NCBI GenBank assembly: GCA_965216785.1
Contig: OZ244197.1
Span: 800,001-864,000, forward strand
DNA: 64,000 bases
From: Thermodesulfobacteriota bacterium
Lineage (GTDB): Bacteria > Desulfobacterota_D > UBA1144 > Nemesobacterales > UBA2774
Direction: 5' to 3'
This document shows positions 48,663 to 58,748 of the stretch, piece by piece; position 1 is the stretch's first letter, and every line of letters starts with the position of its first letter. The position numbers and the translations under genes are program-made. The notes beneath the pieces are model-generated. The model made no database searches. It was not told where the DNA came from and saw only the letters and a program-made list of their open reading frames with translations.

Positions 48663-49166
48663 ATGCTGAGTAAACATATTCAGGACGCGCTTAACGATCA
48701 GATTAAAAATGAGTATTTCGCATCTTACACTTACCTATCTATGGCGGCTCACTGTGAGTCCATTAATATGCAGGGTTTCGCGTCCTGGCTCCGCAGGCAG
48801 AGCGCTGAGGAGCTTACGCACGCCATGAGACTCTTTGATTATATGATTGATAGAGACGCAAAGGTAACGCTCCAGTCAATCAATAAACCGCAGGCCAAGT
48901 TCAAATCACTTACCGACATGTTCCAGCAGGTTCTAGACAACGAAAGAGAAGTCACAGGCATGATTAATAAGCTCTACGAGCAGGCTATAAGTGAAAACGA
49001 TCACGCAACAGCCGTGGAGCTCCAGTGGTTCATCCAGGAACAGGTAGAAGAGGAAAAGAGCGCAAAAGATATAGTTGAGAAGCTAAAGATTGCCGGCAAC
49101 AGCAGCTCCGCTCTACTTATACTGGACGGGCAGCTTACAGATAGCGGGACAGTTGAGGGAGCTTAA
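48663..49166 (+). CDS. ftnA: Non-haem ferritin
   Basis: LNDQI..E..ASY.YLSM, EE..HA and LQWFIQEQVEEE ferroxidase residues; GGAGG SD before ATG 48663. Confidence 0.92.
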   Translation: MLSKHIQDALNDQIKNEYFASYTYLSMAAHCESINMQGFASWLRRQSAEELTHAMRLFDYMIDRDAKVTLQSINKPQAKFKSLTDMFQQVLDNEREVTGMINKLYEQAISENDHATAVELQWFIQEQVEEEKSAKDIVEKLKIAGNSSSALLILDGQLTDSGTVEGA

Positions 49167-49228
49167 TAGCTCAGCACCATAACACTACTATATGCAATCG
49201 AGCGTAGTTGAGAATAAGGCAGCTTCTT

Positions 49229-49831
49229 ATGAACCCTGAGCTTGAGTTCTGGTATGAGTTTGGCAGCACGTACTCCTATCTTTCAGTCATGAGAATAGAG
49301 GAGTTGGCAAAGATGGAAGGGGTCGCAATTAAATGGAGACCCTTTCTTCTCGGGCCCATATTCAAGAGCCAGGGCTGGGCAACTTCCCCCTTTAATATAT
49401 ATGAATCAAAAGGCCGCTACATGTGGCGCGACTTAGAGCGTCTTAGCAGGAAGTACAATATCCCCTGGCAGAGACCCTCTGAGTTTCCGAGGAACGGTCT
49501 GAGGGCTTCAAGAGTGGCGCTAGTCGCTGAGCCGGAGGGTTGGTGCAATGAGTTTTCACTAATGGTATTTCAAGCAAATTTCGCCCAGGATATAGATATA
49601 TCCGATGAAGCTGTTATAGCTTCCATACTCGAATCGCTCGGGAAGAGCAGCACCCAAGTGATCGAGCGAGCTAAATCGGAAGAAACCAAGCTAAAGCTAA
49701 GAGCTCAGACCGAGCAAGCAATGGAAAAAGGCATTTTCGGCGCTCCTACGTTTTCGGCCGGGGATGAGTTGTTCTGGGGTAACGACAGGCTAGAGGACGC
49801 TCTTAACTGGGTTAAGTCAGAGCGCATCTGA
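49229..49831 (+). CDS. 2-hydroxychromene-2-carboxylate isomerase / kappa-class GST (DsbA-like fold)
   Basis: FWYEFGSTYSYL, WRPFLLG, GIFGAPTF and FWGNDRL motifs. Confidence 0.88.
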   Translation: MNPELEFWYEFGSTYSYLSVMRIEELAKMEGVAIKWRPFLLGPIFKSQGWATSPFNIYESKGRYMWRDLERLSRKYNIPWQRPSEFPRNGLRASRVALVAEPEGWCNEFSLMVFQANFAQDIDISDEAVIASILESLGKSSTQVIERAKSEETKLKLRAQTEQAMEKGIFGAPTFSAGDELFWGNDRLEDALNWVKSERI

Positions 49832-49899
49832 GTGTGCTCCATTCAGGCTATAATAATTTAATAGCCATCTCTTATATATTTCTACCATAGAATGTTTGT

Positions 49900-50853
49900 A
49901 TGCTTTATACTTTAACTCCTACTTGGGTTTGGGAGAAAATAACGTTGAGAAAAAGTGATTCACTTAAGTGTATTGAGTGCTTTATCGCGCTCCTATTAAT
50001 TTTGGTCACACATAGTCCGGTGTTTGCTCAGAACAATGCACCTTCTGTGGATAAGAGCTTTCTATGGAGTGTTAAATCAGATAGCAACACCGTATATATA
50101 CTCGGGTCTTTACACCTGCTCAATAAAGACAGCTATCCCCTCGGTGAGGTGTTCGAGGAGGCTTTTAGGGACTCGGATGTAGTGGTGTTTGAGGTCGATC
50201 CCGGAGAATTGGAAAGCCCAGAAACAATAAAGATGGTGCTCTCAAAGGCTGCGCTTGAAAAAGGGAAAACACTCCGGGATACCGTGTCTCCCGAGACTTA
50301 CGAGCTTGCCAAAGATGAGCTAAAGGATCTCGGGGTGGATATAAATATGTTCACACTCACAAAACCCTGGTTTTTAGCTGTAACGGCAACAATCCTCAAG
50401 CTTTCCAAGATGGGGTTTAACCCCGAGTACGGTGTGGATCAGCATTTTTACAAAAAGGCACAGGGTAGTGCTAAGGTGGTCAAAGGCTTAGAGACAGCTG
50501 AGTTCCAGATCGATTTGATCGCGTCTCTGGGAGAGGAGCATCAGGATGAGGTGCTTCTTCATACACTTAAAGACCTGGAGGTTATAGAAAAGGAGCTTGT
50601 CAGCCTGATCGATTCATGGAATAGGGGAGATGCCGAGGGGTTTCAGGAGCTCGTTCTAAGAAGCTACAGTGAGTACCCAAGGGTTTATGAACGGCTCATC
50701 GTGAACAGAAACAAAAACTGGCTCAAAGAGATCGAGGTTTACTTAAGAGGCAATAAGAATTATCTGGTTGTTGTGGGCGCGGGCCACCTTGTTGGTCAGC
50801 AGGGGCTCATAAAACTTCTTAGCAATAAAGGCTACAGAGTTGAGCAGATGTAG
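49900..50853 (+). CDS. TraB/GumN (Tiki-like) family exported protein
   Basis: LW.V....NTVYILGSLH, GVD, GLET..FQ, RN..W and VVVGAGHL motifs. The start may instead be TTG 49945. Confidence 0.88.
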   Translation: MLYTLTPTWVWEKITLRKSDSLKCIECFIALLLILVTHSPVFAQNNAPSVDKSFLWSVKSDSNTVYILGSLHLLNKDSYPLGEVFEEAFRDSDVVVFEVDPGELESPETIKMVLSKAALEKGKTLRDTVSPETYELAKDELKDLGVDINMFTLTKPWFLAVTATILKLSKMGFNPEYGVDQHFYKKAQGSAKVVKGLETAEFQIDLIASLGEEHQDEVLLHTLKDLEVIEKELVSLIDSWNRGDAEGFQELVLRSYSEYPRVYERLIVNRNKNWLKEIEVYLRGNKNYLVVVGAGHLVGQQGLIKLLSNKGYRVEQM

Positions 50854-50897
50854 CTGATAGTTTATAGCTATCGAATTTTTTTATGTGCTGTAAAGTT

Positions 50898-53780
50898 CTA
50901 CGCGTCTGTACTTCGTAAAAACCTATTAACGACTTCTCCAAGCTCTTTAAGTTTGTAGGGTTTAGCAATAAAACCCAAAAATCCATGCGTCTTAAAATCT
51001 GACATTACGGGGTTATGCGAGTAGCCGCTTGAGGCAATCGCTCTTACCCCGGGGTCAATTTCGATTAACTTCACCACCGTTTCTTTCCCTCCTATACCGC
51101 CCGGTACCGTGAGGTCGAGTATTACCAGGTCGTACTCCCCTCCGTTTTGCCCGGCGCTTTCATACATACTGATTGCCTCGGAGCCGTCTTTTGCAAATGA
51201 GACTTCATACCCAAGACTTGAAAGCATTTCGCCGGCGACTTCTCTTACAAGCTCCTCATCGTCCATAATCAATATTTTTCCGCATCCACTGATATGCTTT
51301 TCATGAGATTCAATATTGCCATTGCCGTTTGTGGATGATGCAGGCAGCAGTACTTTAACGCTCGTACCCAAACCTGGCTCCGACTCTACGGTTATCGAGC
51401 CGTCGTGCTTTTTAATAATCGAGTAGCAAGTGGCAAGGCCGAGTCCGTTCCCCTCTTGTTTTGTTGTGAAATAAGGGTCGAATATCTTTGAGAGGTATTC
51501 GTGAGGAATACCGATGCCCGAGTCCTTTATAGAAATCTTTATATATCTTTTTTCCGAGAGATGACCCCCATCTTTGAGCTTAAGGTTCTCGGCTGAAATG
51601 TTGACGACTCCTCCTTCGGGCATTGCTTGTTTTGCGTTAATAACCAGATTATTAATGACCTGACTGATTTGTCCCTCATCTACTTCAACTGACCAAAGAT
51701 CTTCTGATATCGAGAATTCACACCTTGTATTAGATCCCCTGACGGCAAACTCCGCAGATTCTCTAAGTAGCTCTTTGACAGACGTAACGGATTTAATCGG
51801 AACCCCGCCTTTAGCAAATGTTAAGAGCTGCTGGGTCAGGTCGCGCGCGCGAAGGGAGGCCCGCTCAGCCTCCGAGAGCCTTTTCTCAAGTTTTTCCCGA
51901 GATTCATGATATGATTTGGCAAGAGAAATATTCCCCAGAATAGCAGTTAGAAGATTGTTGAAATCGTGAGCGATACCGCCCGCTAAAATTCCGAGTGACT
52001 CTAATTTCTGAGCTCTGAGTAGCTCTTCCTCCATCATCTTCCGTTCCGTAATATCCTCATAAGTACCCAAAAGACCTACGACTGTCCCGGTGTCATCGTG
52101 AAGGGGTATCTTGTTCATATCCACCCATGCGTCTTTACCATCGGCATGAAGCTGAGTCGTCACTATGTGATATTCCGGGTTGTCGTTCTCAATAACGCGT
52201 TCATCTATTTCTTCAAATAATCGGGCTTCCTTTTCTCTCCATGCCAAGTCGCTATCCCTCATTCCAATAATTTCTTCAGGGGAGTTTATGCCGGCGTGTA
52301 AGGCGAATGTCTTATTACATCCCATGTACTTAAAATCAATGTCTTTCCAGAAAATGGCCTGTGGTATATTTTCAGTTACGAGCTTTAACATCTCCCGCGA
52401 TTCTCGAAGCTCGGTTCCCGCTCTTTTATGCTCAAGCACATTAACGAATATCTCTGCTACTATATTTAGAAGCGGTATGATGTCTTCTGGCCAAACTTTT
52501 TCCTCTTTTAAAGACTCCAGTCCAAGAAAACCGATTACCGTGTGTCCGAAGACCATGGGCACTGCTACCATGGATTTTATACCGGCCTTGTGAAATGCTT
52601 CTTTTTCGTAGGATGCTTCTTCCGGTAGAGTATCGAGGCTGGGGAAATAAATTGTTTCCCCTCTCATATGACGGTCGAATATCCAAGGGAGACTGTCCGA
52701 GCTCTTCTCTTTTAGAATTGTATTCCTCGGCTCAATTCCATCTTTACACCACTCATGGGTAGAGCTCAGGATTCCCGAGTCTTCTATATACTGGTAAATG
52801 TAACTTCTGTCTACGCCTTCAAACTTCCCTATTACACCAAGGGCGTAGTTAATACCCTCTTCAATCTGATCAGGAGAAAGGTTTATAAACAGATTTGAGA
52901 GCCCGGATATGAGTTTTTCAAACTCAAAGCGGTATTTAAGTGATTCCTCGGCTCTTTTTCGCTCAGATATTTCAAGCTCAAGCTCCTTTGTTCTTTCCCC
53001 AACTCGTTTTTCAAGCTCGTCCTGGGCCCTCTGAAGCTCTTGGTCTCTTTCTTCTATTTGTGAGAGCATTTCGTTGAAATGCTCGACTAGTATGCCGGAT
53101 TCGTCATCACTCTCTCTGAAAGCCCTTATCGAGAAATCTTTGCTTTCCGATACGCGGTTTGCTATGTCTGCCAGATTAAGTATGGGCTGTGAAATCAGTT
53201 TCTGAAGCGCTGTCGAGAGCGTAAAAGCTACAAGAAAACATATGAGAAAAATTATAAGAATAATTGCGATTTTCTGTCTTAGCGACGAGTAAACAGCATT
53301 CATGTCGGCACTAATGTACATTGTTCCGATTTGCTCATTATCCAGAGTTATCGGGATATATATCATCATCAAGTCGTTTTCGATGTAAGTTCCGGGGGGT
53401 CTTGGTTGTGAGGAAATAATGTCTGCGGCTGTATTATTTGCAGAGCTTGCTTGCGCTCTGACTTTATCGCTTAGGGAAGTATACGAAGCAAAAAGCTTTC
53501 CACCTCGCGTGTATATAGCGGCGGATACTATGTTCGGGTTTTCCTTGAGTGCCGACAGCGTTTCCTTTCCCGCTTCAGGGTCGCCGAACTCAAGAGCTGC
53601 CGTGCTGTTCAAGCCAACTATTTTTGCTGTGCTGGTGAGCTCTTTTTGTATTTCCGAGCGAAATCTTATAAAATCATCAGTTATAAGCGCGATCGAAGCC
53701 AGGAATAAAGCTGCCCCTGTGGTTACAAGAACAATAAGGATTAATTTTCTTTTAATAGATAGGTTTTTTAAGAATTGCAT
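50898..53780 (-). CDS. Hybrid sensor histidine kinase (YfiN-like periplasmic sensor, HAMP, GAF, PAS, HisKA, HATPase, REC)
   Basis: AALEFGD..A..E.L..L sensor segment, DE.G.L...FNEML HAMP, LAGGIAHDFNNLL H-box, FDPYFTTK, GLGL, C-terminal REC. Confidence 0.9.
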   Translation of the reverse strand: MQFLKNLSIKRKLILIVLVTTGAALFLASIALITDDFIRFRSEIQKELTSTAKIVGLNSTAALEFGDPEAGKETLSALKENPNIVSAAIYTRGGKLFASYTSLSDKVRAQASSANNTAADIISSQPRPPGTYIENDLMMIYIPITLDNEQIGTMYISADMNAVYSSLRQKIAIILIIFLICFLVAFTLSTALQKLISQPILNLADIANRVSESKDFSIRAFRESDDESGILVEHFNEMLSQIEERDQELQRAQDELEKRVGERTKELELEISERKRAEESLKYRFEFEKLISGLSNLFINLSPDQIEEGINYALGVIGKFEGVDRSYIYQYIEDSGILSSTHEWCKDGIEPRNTILKEKSSDSLPWIFDRHMRGETIYFPSLDTLPEEASYEKEAFHKAGIKSMVAVPMVFGHTVIGFLGLESLKEEKVWPEDIIPLLNIVAEIFVNVLEHKRAGTELRESREMLKLVTENIPQAIFWKDIDFKYMGCNKTFALHAGINSPEEIIGMRDSDLAWREKEARLFEEIDERVIENDNPEYHIVTTQLHADGKDAWVDMNKIPLHDDTGTVVGLLGTYEDITERKMMEEELLRAQKLESLGILAGGIAHDFNNLLTAILGNISLAKSYHESREKLEKRLSEAERASLRARDLTQQLLTFAKGGVPIKSVTSVKELLRESAEFAVRGSNTRCEFSISEDLWSVEVDEGQISQVINNLVINAKQAMPEGGVVNISAENLKLKDGGHLSEKRYIKISIKDSGIGIPHEYLSKIFDPYFTTKQEGNGLGLATCYSIIKKHDGSITVESEPGLGTSVKVLLPASSTNGNGNIESHEKHISGCGKILIMDDEELVREVAGEMLSSLGYEVSFAKDGSEAISMYESAGQNGGEYDLVILDLTVPGGIGGKETVVKLIEIDPGVRAIASSGYSHNPVMSDFKTHGFLGFIAKPYKLKELGEVVNRFLRSTDA

Positions 53781-53805
53781 TTTGTATATCCCGTAAATGC
53801 GTAAT

Positions 53806-54348
53806 TTACCTAATTACATTTGTAGCCAGGTTTAGGAGCTTAGAGCTTATCTTAAGACCTGCCTGCGCTCCGGCATTTAGATTTATTTCGAATCTGATTT
53901 TATTATCCACTACAACAAAGTTTATAATCACTCCCTTCTGAGCGAAACCCTTTGTTTGGCCTACTGTCAAAATATTCGATCCCTTCACCTGATCCAAGAT
54001 CTCCTCGTGGCTCTTTTCTTCAGAGGGACTGATAAATAAGACATTACAACTTTCAAGCTCTTTAGGCCCACTCAACTTTCTGACTACAATCTTGAGCCCC
54101 CTGACTTTCTTGCCCTCGATCTTAACTAGGGCATTAACCATCGGCCCCTTGCCTAAAATACCGAGTACTATAATGTTAGAGTCAGAGGGTAGAGAGCCCT
54201 CAGGCCATTCAATGAACTTAATGAACTTATGTATGAATGCCGCTTGTACGTCTTCCTGTGAAGCGGACTGGGCGCGAGCGTAATCAGCGCCGTCAACCGC
54301 AACTAGATGTAAGATTATAAAAATAACACTAAAATATTTCTTTAACAA
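53806..54348 (-). CDS. YfiR-family periplasmic protein (DUF4154)
   Basis: V.AAFI.KF.KFIEWP, C.VLFI, ILTVG and RFEINL...GLKISSKLL.LA motifs. Confidence 0.88.
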   Translation of the reverse strand: MLKKYFSVIFIILHLVAVDGADYARAQSASQEDVQAAFIHKFIKFIEWPEGSLPSDSNIIVLGILGKGPMVNALVKIEGKKVRGLKIVVRKLSGPKELESCNVLFISPSEEKSHEEILDQVKGSNILTVGQTKGFAQKGVIINFVVVDNKIRFEINLNAGAQAGLKISSKLLNLATNVIR

Positions 54349-54387
54349 TGGATTCTTATCCTGTTTAACTAATTGCTATAGACCTTT

Positions 54388-56400
54388 CTATTTAAACTCC
54401 AAAGTCAAGGCACCGAATACGCTTCTCGGTATCCTCGTTGCATTACCGATAAATGAATCACTGAACTCAAAATGCTCTTCAATGAGGTTTTGTCCGACTA
54501 CGCTTATCTCCACACCCTCGATCGGTTCCCATCCTAACTTGACGTCGAGCCTAGTGTATGAGGGTATATCGAGCGCAGGCAGTTTCTCTACCCAATAAAG
54601 AGAAGTATCGAGGCCTACGTCATAAGGCAGATTAATAAACGACTGTACTTTTATCTGATTATTTGGGCTTGCTCCCCCTCTGAATCTTGGCTCGGGGTTA
54701 TCGGGGTCTTTCTCGAGATCGAGTTCGAGAAACGAGTAATTCACGTGGAGCCTGAAGTAATCGACAGGACTCCACTTTGTTGCAATTTCAAATCCGTAGC
54801 CATCTCCGTTCAGTCCGTTATTCAAAAAGAGCGGGACTACCAGGTGGGGTATCGGTTCGTTAACTATAAAAGGCTCTCCTGGTCTTATAGATTCAAGGTT
54901 TTTGTAATGATTATAGAAACCTGTGATATCAACGAATACACTATTTAGTGGGCGTGTTCTGTATCCAACTTCTAAAGCGAGAAGGTCTTCTGATTCAAAA
55001 TCATCACTTCCCTGTACTACAACCAGAGTAGGGAGGCCCGTTTCAGGGTTAAGGAATGCGTCAGCTACAAAGCTCACGTCGTGCTCGGTGCGTGAAGGGG
55101 TTCTCACGGCGCGCGAGACAGCGGCCCATAATCGGTTGGTTTCGTTAACCGCCCAAAGAAGTCTTGCATCGGGCTGTATCTCAAAACCCGAAAAATCGTT
55201 ACGCTCGAATTTTGAACCGATAGTAAGATAAAGCTTCTCGTTTATGAGAGTAAGCTCATCCTGAACGAAAGCGCTGTATAGATTGTCTGTACGGTTGTCT
55301 TGACCCGGATCGAAAATAAAGCCGCCGTTTACGTCTTCATTTATAACACGATAGCCAAGTCCCCATATAACGTCATGATTTGCTAAGAAATTAAAATTAA
55401 ACCGGTTCAAGAATTCGATGTCGAAAGTCTGTCGTTTTTCTTTGGCGAATGTATCGATGTCACGGTCGACTATATCGTAATACGTCTGGAATACAGTATT
55501 CGAATCCTCTGAGAAAGCATGGGTCCAGCGAAGCAATATATTGCCTCCCGTGGTAGTGTTTTGAACTCTTGAGGTTTCTTCAAAAGGAGGGAACAAAGAG
55601 GATACCGTCAGCGAGCGGTGTGCGTCTATATTATAGATATCTCCTGTGAGAGTTACAGCGTCACTATTTTTATTATCCCAATCAACCCTTACGCCGCCCC
55701 TGTAGGATTTCCAGTCGTCGTTTCCGTCTCCTCCGCTGCGGCTCTCATAGCTGTCTCTGTTGTAGAATTTTCCGTAGCCCCTGTAATATAAGTTCTCTCC
55801 AACTTTGCCCCCATAGCGGAGACCCGCAAACCCCTGTTCCACATTTCCGCCTCCGCCCTGTAAAAAAATTCCCTCCGTGTCTTTAGCTTCTTTTGTGATT
55901 ATATTAATAACTCCGTTTACTGCGTTAGCTCCCCATATTGCACCGCCGGGACCCCGTATAACCTCAATACGGTCTATATCCTCAAGTAGCGTATCCACCT
56001 CATCCCAAAATACTCCTGAAAAAAATGGCTCATAAACGCTCCTGCCGTCTATGAGTACCAAAAGCTTGTTAGCTGCGCTGTTATTAAACCCTCTTATGGT
56101 AACCGCCCACTCATTTGCGTTTATCTGCGCGACTTCCACTCCGGGTACAATGCGCAGGGCGTCCGGTATGCTCCTTACTCCCGAGCGCCGTATCTCTTCT
56201 CCCGTGACCACATACACTGCAGCCGGTGTATCGAACAGAGACTCCTCTTTTTTGGATGGCGTCGTGACCTCTACACCCATAAGCTCTTCTAGGCTGAGCT
56301 CAGTTAGATCGGCATCAGGCTCTTCGGCAATTACTGAGCCTAATATTAATAGATATGATAGTATTGTTAATGTAATAAGTCTGATTGGTATCCTCATCAT
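54388..56400 (-). CDS. TonB-dependent receptor
   Basis: LSLEELM.VEV N-terminus, plug motifs (IRG, LVLIDGR, IERIEVIRGP-like IDRIEVIRGP, WGANA..GVINIITK), C-terminal NL...PR...LEF. Confidence 0.92.
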   Translation of the reverse strand: MMRIPIRLITLTILSYLLILGSVIAEEPDADLTELSLEELMGVEVTTPSKKEESLFDTPAAVYVVTGEEIRRSGVRSIPDALRIVPGVEVAQINANEWAVTIRGFNNSAANKLLVLIDGRSVYEPFFSGVFWDEVDTLLEDIDRIEVIRGPGGAIWGANAVNGVINIITKEAKDTEGIFLQGGGGNVEQGFAGLRYGGKVGENLYYRGYGKFYNRDSYESRSGGDGNDDWKSYRGGVRVDWDNKNSDAVTLTGDIYNIDAHRSLTVSSLFPPFEETSRVQNTTTGGNILLRWTHAFSEDSNTVFQTYYDIVDRDIDTFAKEKRQTFDIEFLNRFNFNFLANHDVIWGLGYRVINEDVNGGFIFDPGQDNRTDNLYSAFVQDELTLINEKLYLTIGSKFERNDFSGFEIQPDARLLWAVNETNRLWAAVSRAVRTPSRTEHDVSFVADAFLNPETGLPTLVVVQGSDDFESEDLLALEVGYRTRPLNSVFVDITGFYNHYKNLESIRPGEPFIVNEPIPHLVVPLFLNNGLNGDGYGFEIATKWSPVDYFRLHVNYSFLELDLEKDPDNPEPRFRGGASPNNQIKVQSFINLPYDVGLDTSLYWVEKLPALDIPSYTRLDVKLGWEPIEGVEISVVGQNLIEEHFEFSDSFIGNATRIPRSVFGALTLEFK

Positions 56401-56615
56401 CCGTCCTCATTTTATTTATTATTTCCATACGAACATCATAGGGAGATTCATGAAATATCTAATGCTTCTGTATGAACTTTAACGGTTCAAAGTACTTAGT
56501 GATGTAACATAAAATTCCTAGTTTCGCCTGAATAAGAAACTCGGCACAGTAGTAGCCATAGTTTATCTCCGTGTATGTAAAAAGATCGTAATAATTGAGT
56601 GTAGTTTGTATTTAA

Positions 56616-56632
56616 AGCAATATGTGTGCCGA
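56616..56632 (-). promoter_or_regulatory. Sigma54 (-24/-12) promoter of the TonB receptor-yfiR-kinase operon
   Basis: Minus strand reads TCGGCACACATATTGCT (GG-N10-GC with TTGC). Confidence 0.7.
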
Positions 56633-56890
56633 ATGAAAATATTAAGGAAATCCGTGTATTGATAGTGGGTTAGAGGACGAATTTTGAATTTAAGCGGATT
56701 GCTGTTATGTCTTTACTACAAAATTTGACTAAAAGTCACAAATATTGTTAGTGTAAATAGATACCTACAGCTCATAGTTAATACATCAAATGTTTAGAAT
56801 AAAGTCCTGTAGGAACTTGAAGCTTAGTCAGTGTAACAGTAATAACAAATTGTCAAAATTCTGAGATTACACTCCGTCAGTAGGATAAAG

Positions 56891-56927
56891 AAGGGGCGCA
56901 GAAATTTTTCCTATTTCAGCGCCCCTT
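56891..56927 (-). terminator. Terminator hairpin after the PhoX-like gene
   Basis: AAGGGGCGC...GCGCCCCTT inverted repeat about 30 bp past the stop codon. Confidence 0.7.
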
Positions 56928-56956
56928 GATTGATTCATTAGATTTGTAAGCGGTTT

Positions 56957-58711
56957 CTAGTCATCATCCTCGTTTATTAGGAATAGTAACTGTCCTCCTT
57001 CAACGAGGTCTCCGTCCTCGATGCGCGAGTCAGGATTTACGTCTTCCTGATCTTCAATACCGTGCGCCTGCACATCGAAAAGGAAAAGCGTGCCCGCGTC
57101 TTCGTCAAAGAGCTCCGACACATCAAGTATTCCCGAAGACTCCCATTCACCTGCTGCTCCAGCATCCATATCCACTGGGGTGCCCGCAGTTGTGGGATCG
57201 AGAATAACGCTCCTGTCTATATTTGCAACCCTTTTAATCTTTTTGCCTTTCTTATTCATGCGTACAATCCCGGCTTCATTCGGGTTGGCCGCACCATCGC
57301 CGAATAGTACTTCCCCGCTTAGCGAGTCTTCTTCGGCTTCATCCTCTTGAATATAAATAAATCCGTCGTCGGCCCAGTCAAGATTGTCCGGAGACCTGAG
57401 TGCCCGCGTCGGATCAGCATCGCCGTCGTATATTATCTTTACCTTGGCCTTGAGTTTTTTGAAGTTTGTTCTTATTGTGTACATCGTTCCGAATGTATCA
57501 GCTCCGTCTCCGGTGACAGGGTCCACAGCGTACGTATCCACACCCGTTGAAGCTAAAACGACCTGGTTACATCTGTCGGGGTTGGTAGCTACGTCTTCTG
57601 GTCTTGAGAACCCGAACGCCCCTGCCGCTTTTGCCTGAAGCCATAGGTTGCACTGCGAAGGGTATCCGAAATCGTCGAATTTCTCGTTTTCTACAGCATT
57701 GCAGCCGTCGGCTATGCCTCCTGGATTGGCTCCGGGACTATTATCGATTTGAACCCACTTTCCGTTTTGTACTTTAGCGCCGCTTGAGCCGTTAAAATCT
57801 AGAGGTGTTCTTATGCCGCTGTTATTTGCGACCCACACGTACAGGTCTCCGCCCCTGAGACCGTTTCTTCCAAGGAAATCTCCGTCAGGATCTTTCTCGC
57901 CAATGTATAGGTAAAGAGGCGCAGCTTCTGGAATTTCATCTCCATCAAAATCAAACGGTGAAGAATCGTCTGCCAGAATAAAGGCAACGGTATCTTCATC
58001 CCCTGTGCAGACCTCGGTTATGTTCTCCCATGCTCCCCGTCCCATAGCCGGTACATGGTAAAGGCTCATCGTAGAAGGATCGAGCGCCCATTCGGCACCA
58101 CCGTCCGAGTTAAATGCACCGCCGTCTTCTTCCCCTGTGAAATAGATGCGGTCTTCGAGCCCTTCGTCGTCACCGAACTGCTCAGCTTCAAATACTCCGC
58201 TTGAGCAAAAACGGCTGAAGCCGCCCGGGGTCGATGCTACGCAGGGATCTTCACCCTCTCCGCCGCAAAGACTGGGTGCGAAAAATTGGTTAAGAAACGA
58301 TGTGTCAGTGGCCTGATCACCGTCTGCGTCAAATATCTTATTATACGCCGGCCCTGCATCTACTATCTGTCTGCTTTCTTTATCTATGTCGAAATACGAG
58401 ATTCTAGCGCCGGAAAGTGTTATTGAAACGCCGTTTCCGTCGTTTACTTCATAATCATAGCCCCTGAAGTGTAAAAGCTCGTGGTTGGCAAGAATCCTGA
58501 CCGTGTCCTCGTCCAGCTCATAAGCCCCCAGACCGTCCAATATTCCGGGTGGGAAATAACCATTTATCGATTCACCTACTGTGAATATATCCTCTGTCAC
58601 AAAACCGTTTTGACCGATAGCCATAGGCTGTGCTATGGCTTGTGGTGCATGAAGACTAATTAAGGCAATCACCGCGGCCACAATACTAAAAAGCTTGTTT
58701 TTGTACTTCAT
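56957..58711 (-). CDS. PhoX-like alkaline phosphatase (DUF839-type beta-propeller), Sec signal peptide
   Basis: DGLG, NHE, RFCS, GEE, GR..WEN, RPED, PDNL, IQED, ESSG and QAH motifs; very acidic; Pho-box-like array upstream. Confidence 0.78.
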   Translation of the reverse strand: MKYKNKLFSIVAAVIALISLHAPQAIAQPMAIGQNGFVTEDIFTVGESINGYFPPGILDGLGAYELDEDTVRILANHELLHFRGYDYEVNDGNGVSITLSGARISYFDIDKESRQIVDAGPAYNKIFDADGDQATDTSFLNQFFAPSLCGGEGEDPCVASTPGGFSRFCSSGVFEAEQFGDDEGLEDRIYFTGEEDGGAFNSDGGAEWALDPSTMSLYHVPAMGRGAWENITEVCTGDEDTVAFILADDSSPFDFDGDEIPEAAPLYLYIGEKDPDGDFLGRNGLRGGDLYVWVANNSGIRTPLDFNGSSGAKVQNGKWVQIDNSPGANPGGIADGCNAVENEKFDDFGYPSQCNLWLQAKAAGAFGFSRPEDVATNPDRCNQVVLASTGVDTYAVDPVTGDGADTFGTMYTIRTNFKKLKAKVKIIYDGDADPTRALRSPDNLDWADDGFIYIQEDEAEEDSLSGEVLFGDGAANPNEAGIVRMNKKGKKIKRVANIDRSVILDPTTAGTPVDMDAGAAGEWESSGILDVSELFDEDAGTLFLFDVQAHGIEDQEDVNPDSRIEDGDLVEGGQLLFLINEDDD

Positions 58712-58748
58712 TGAGTATGCCCCCTTTAAAGTTTGATTTGTAGAAGTG

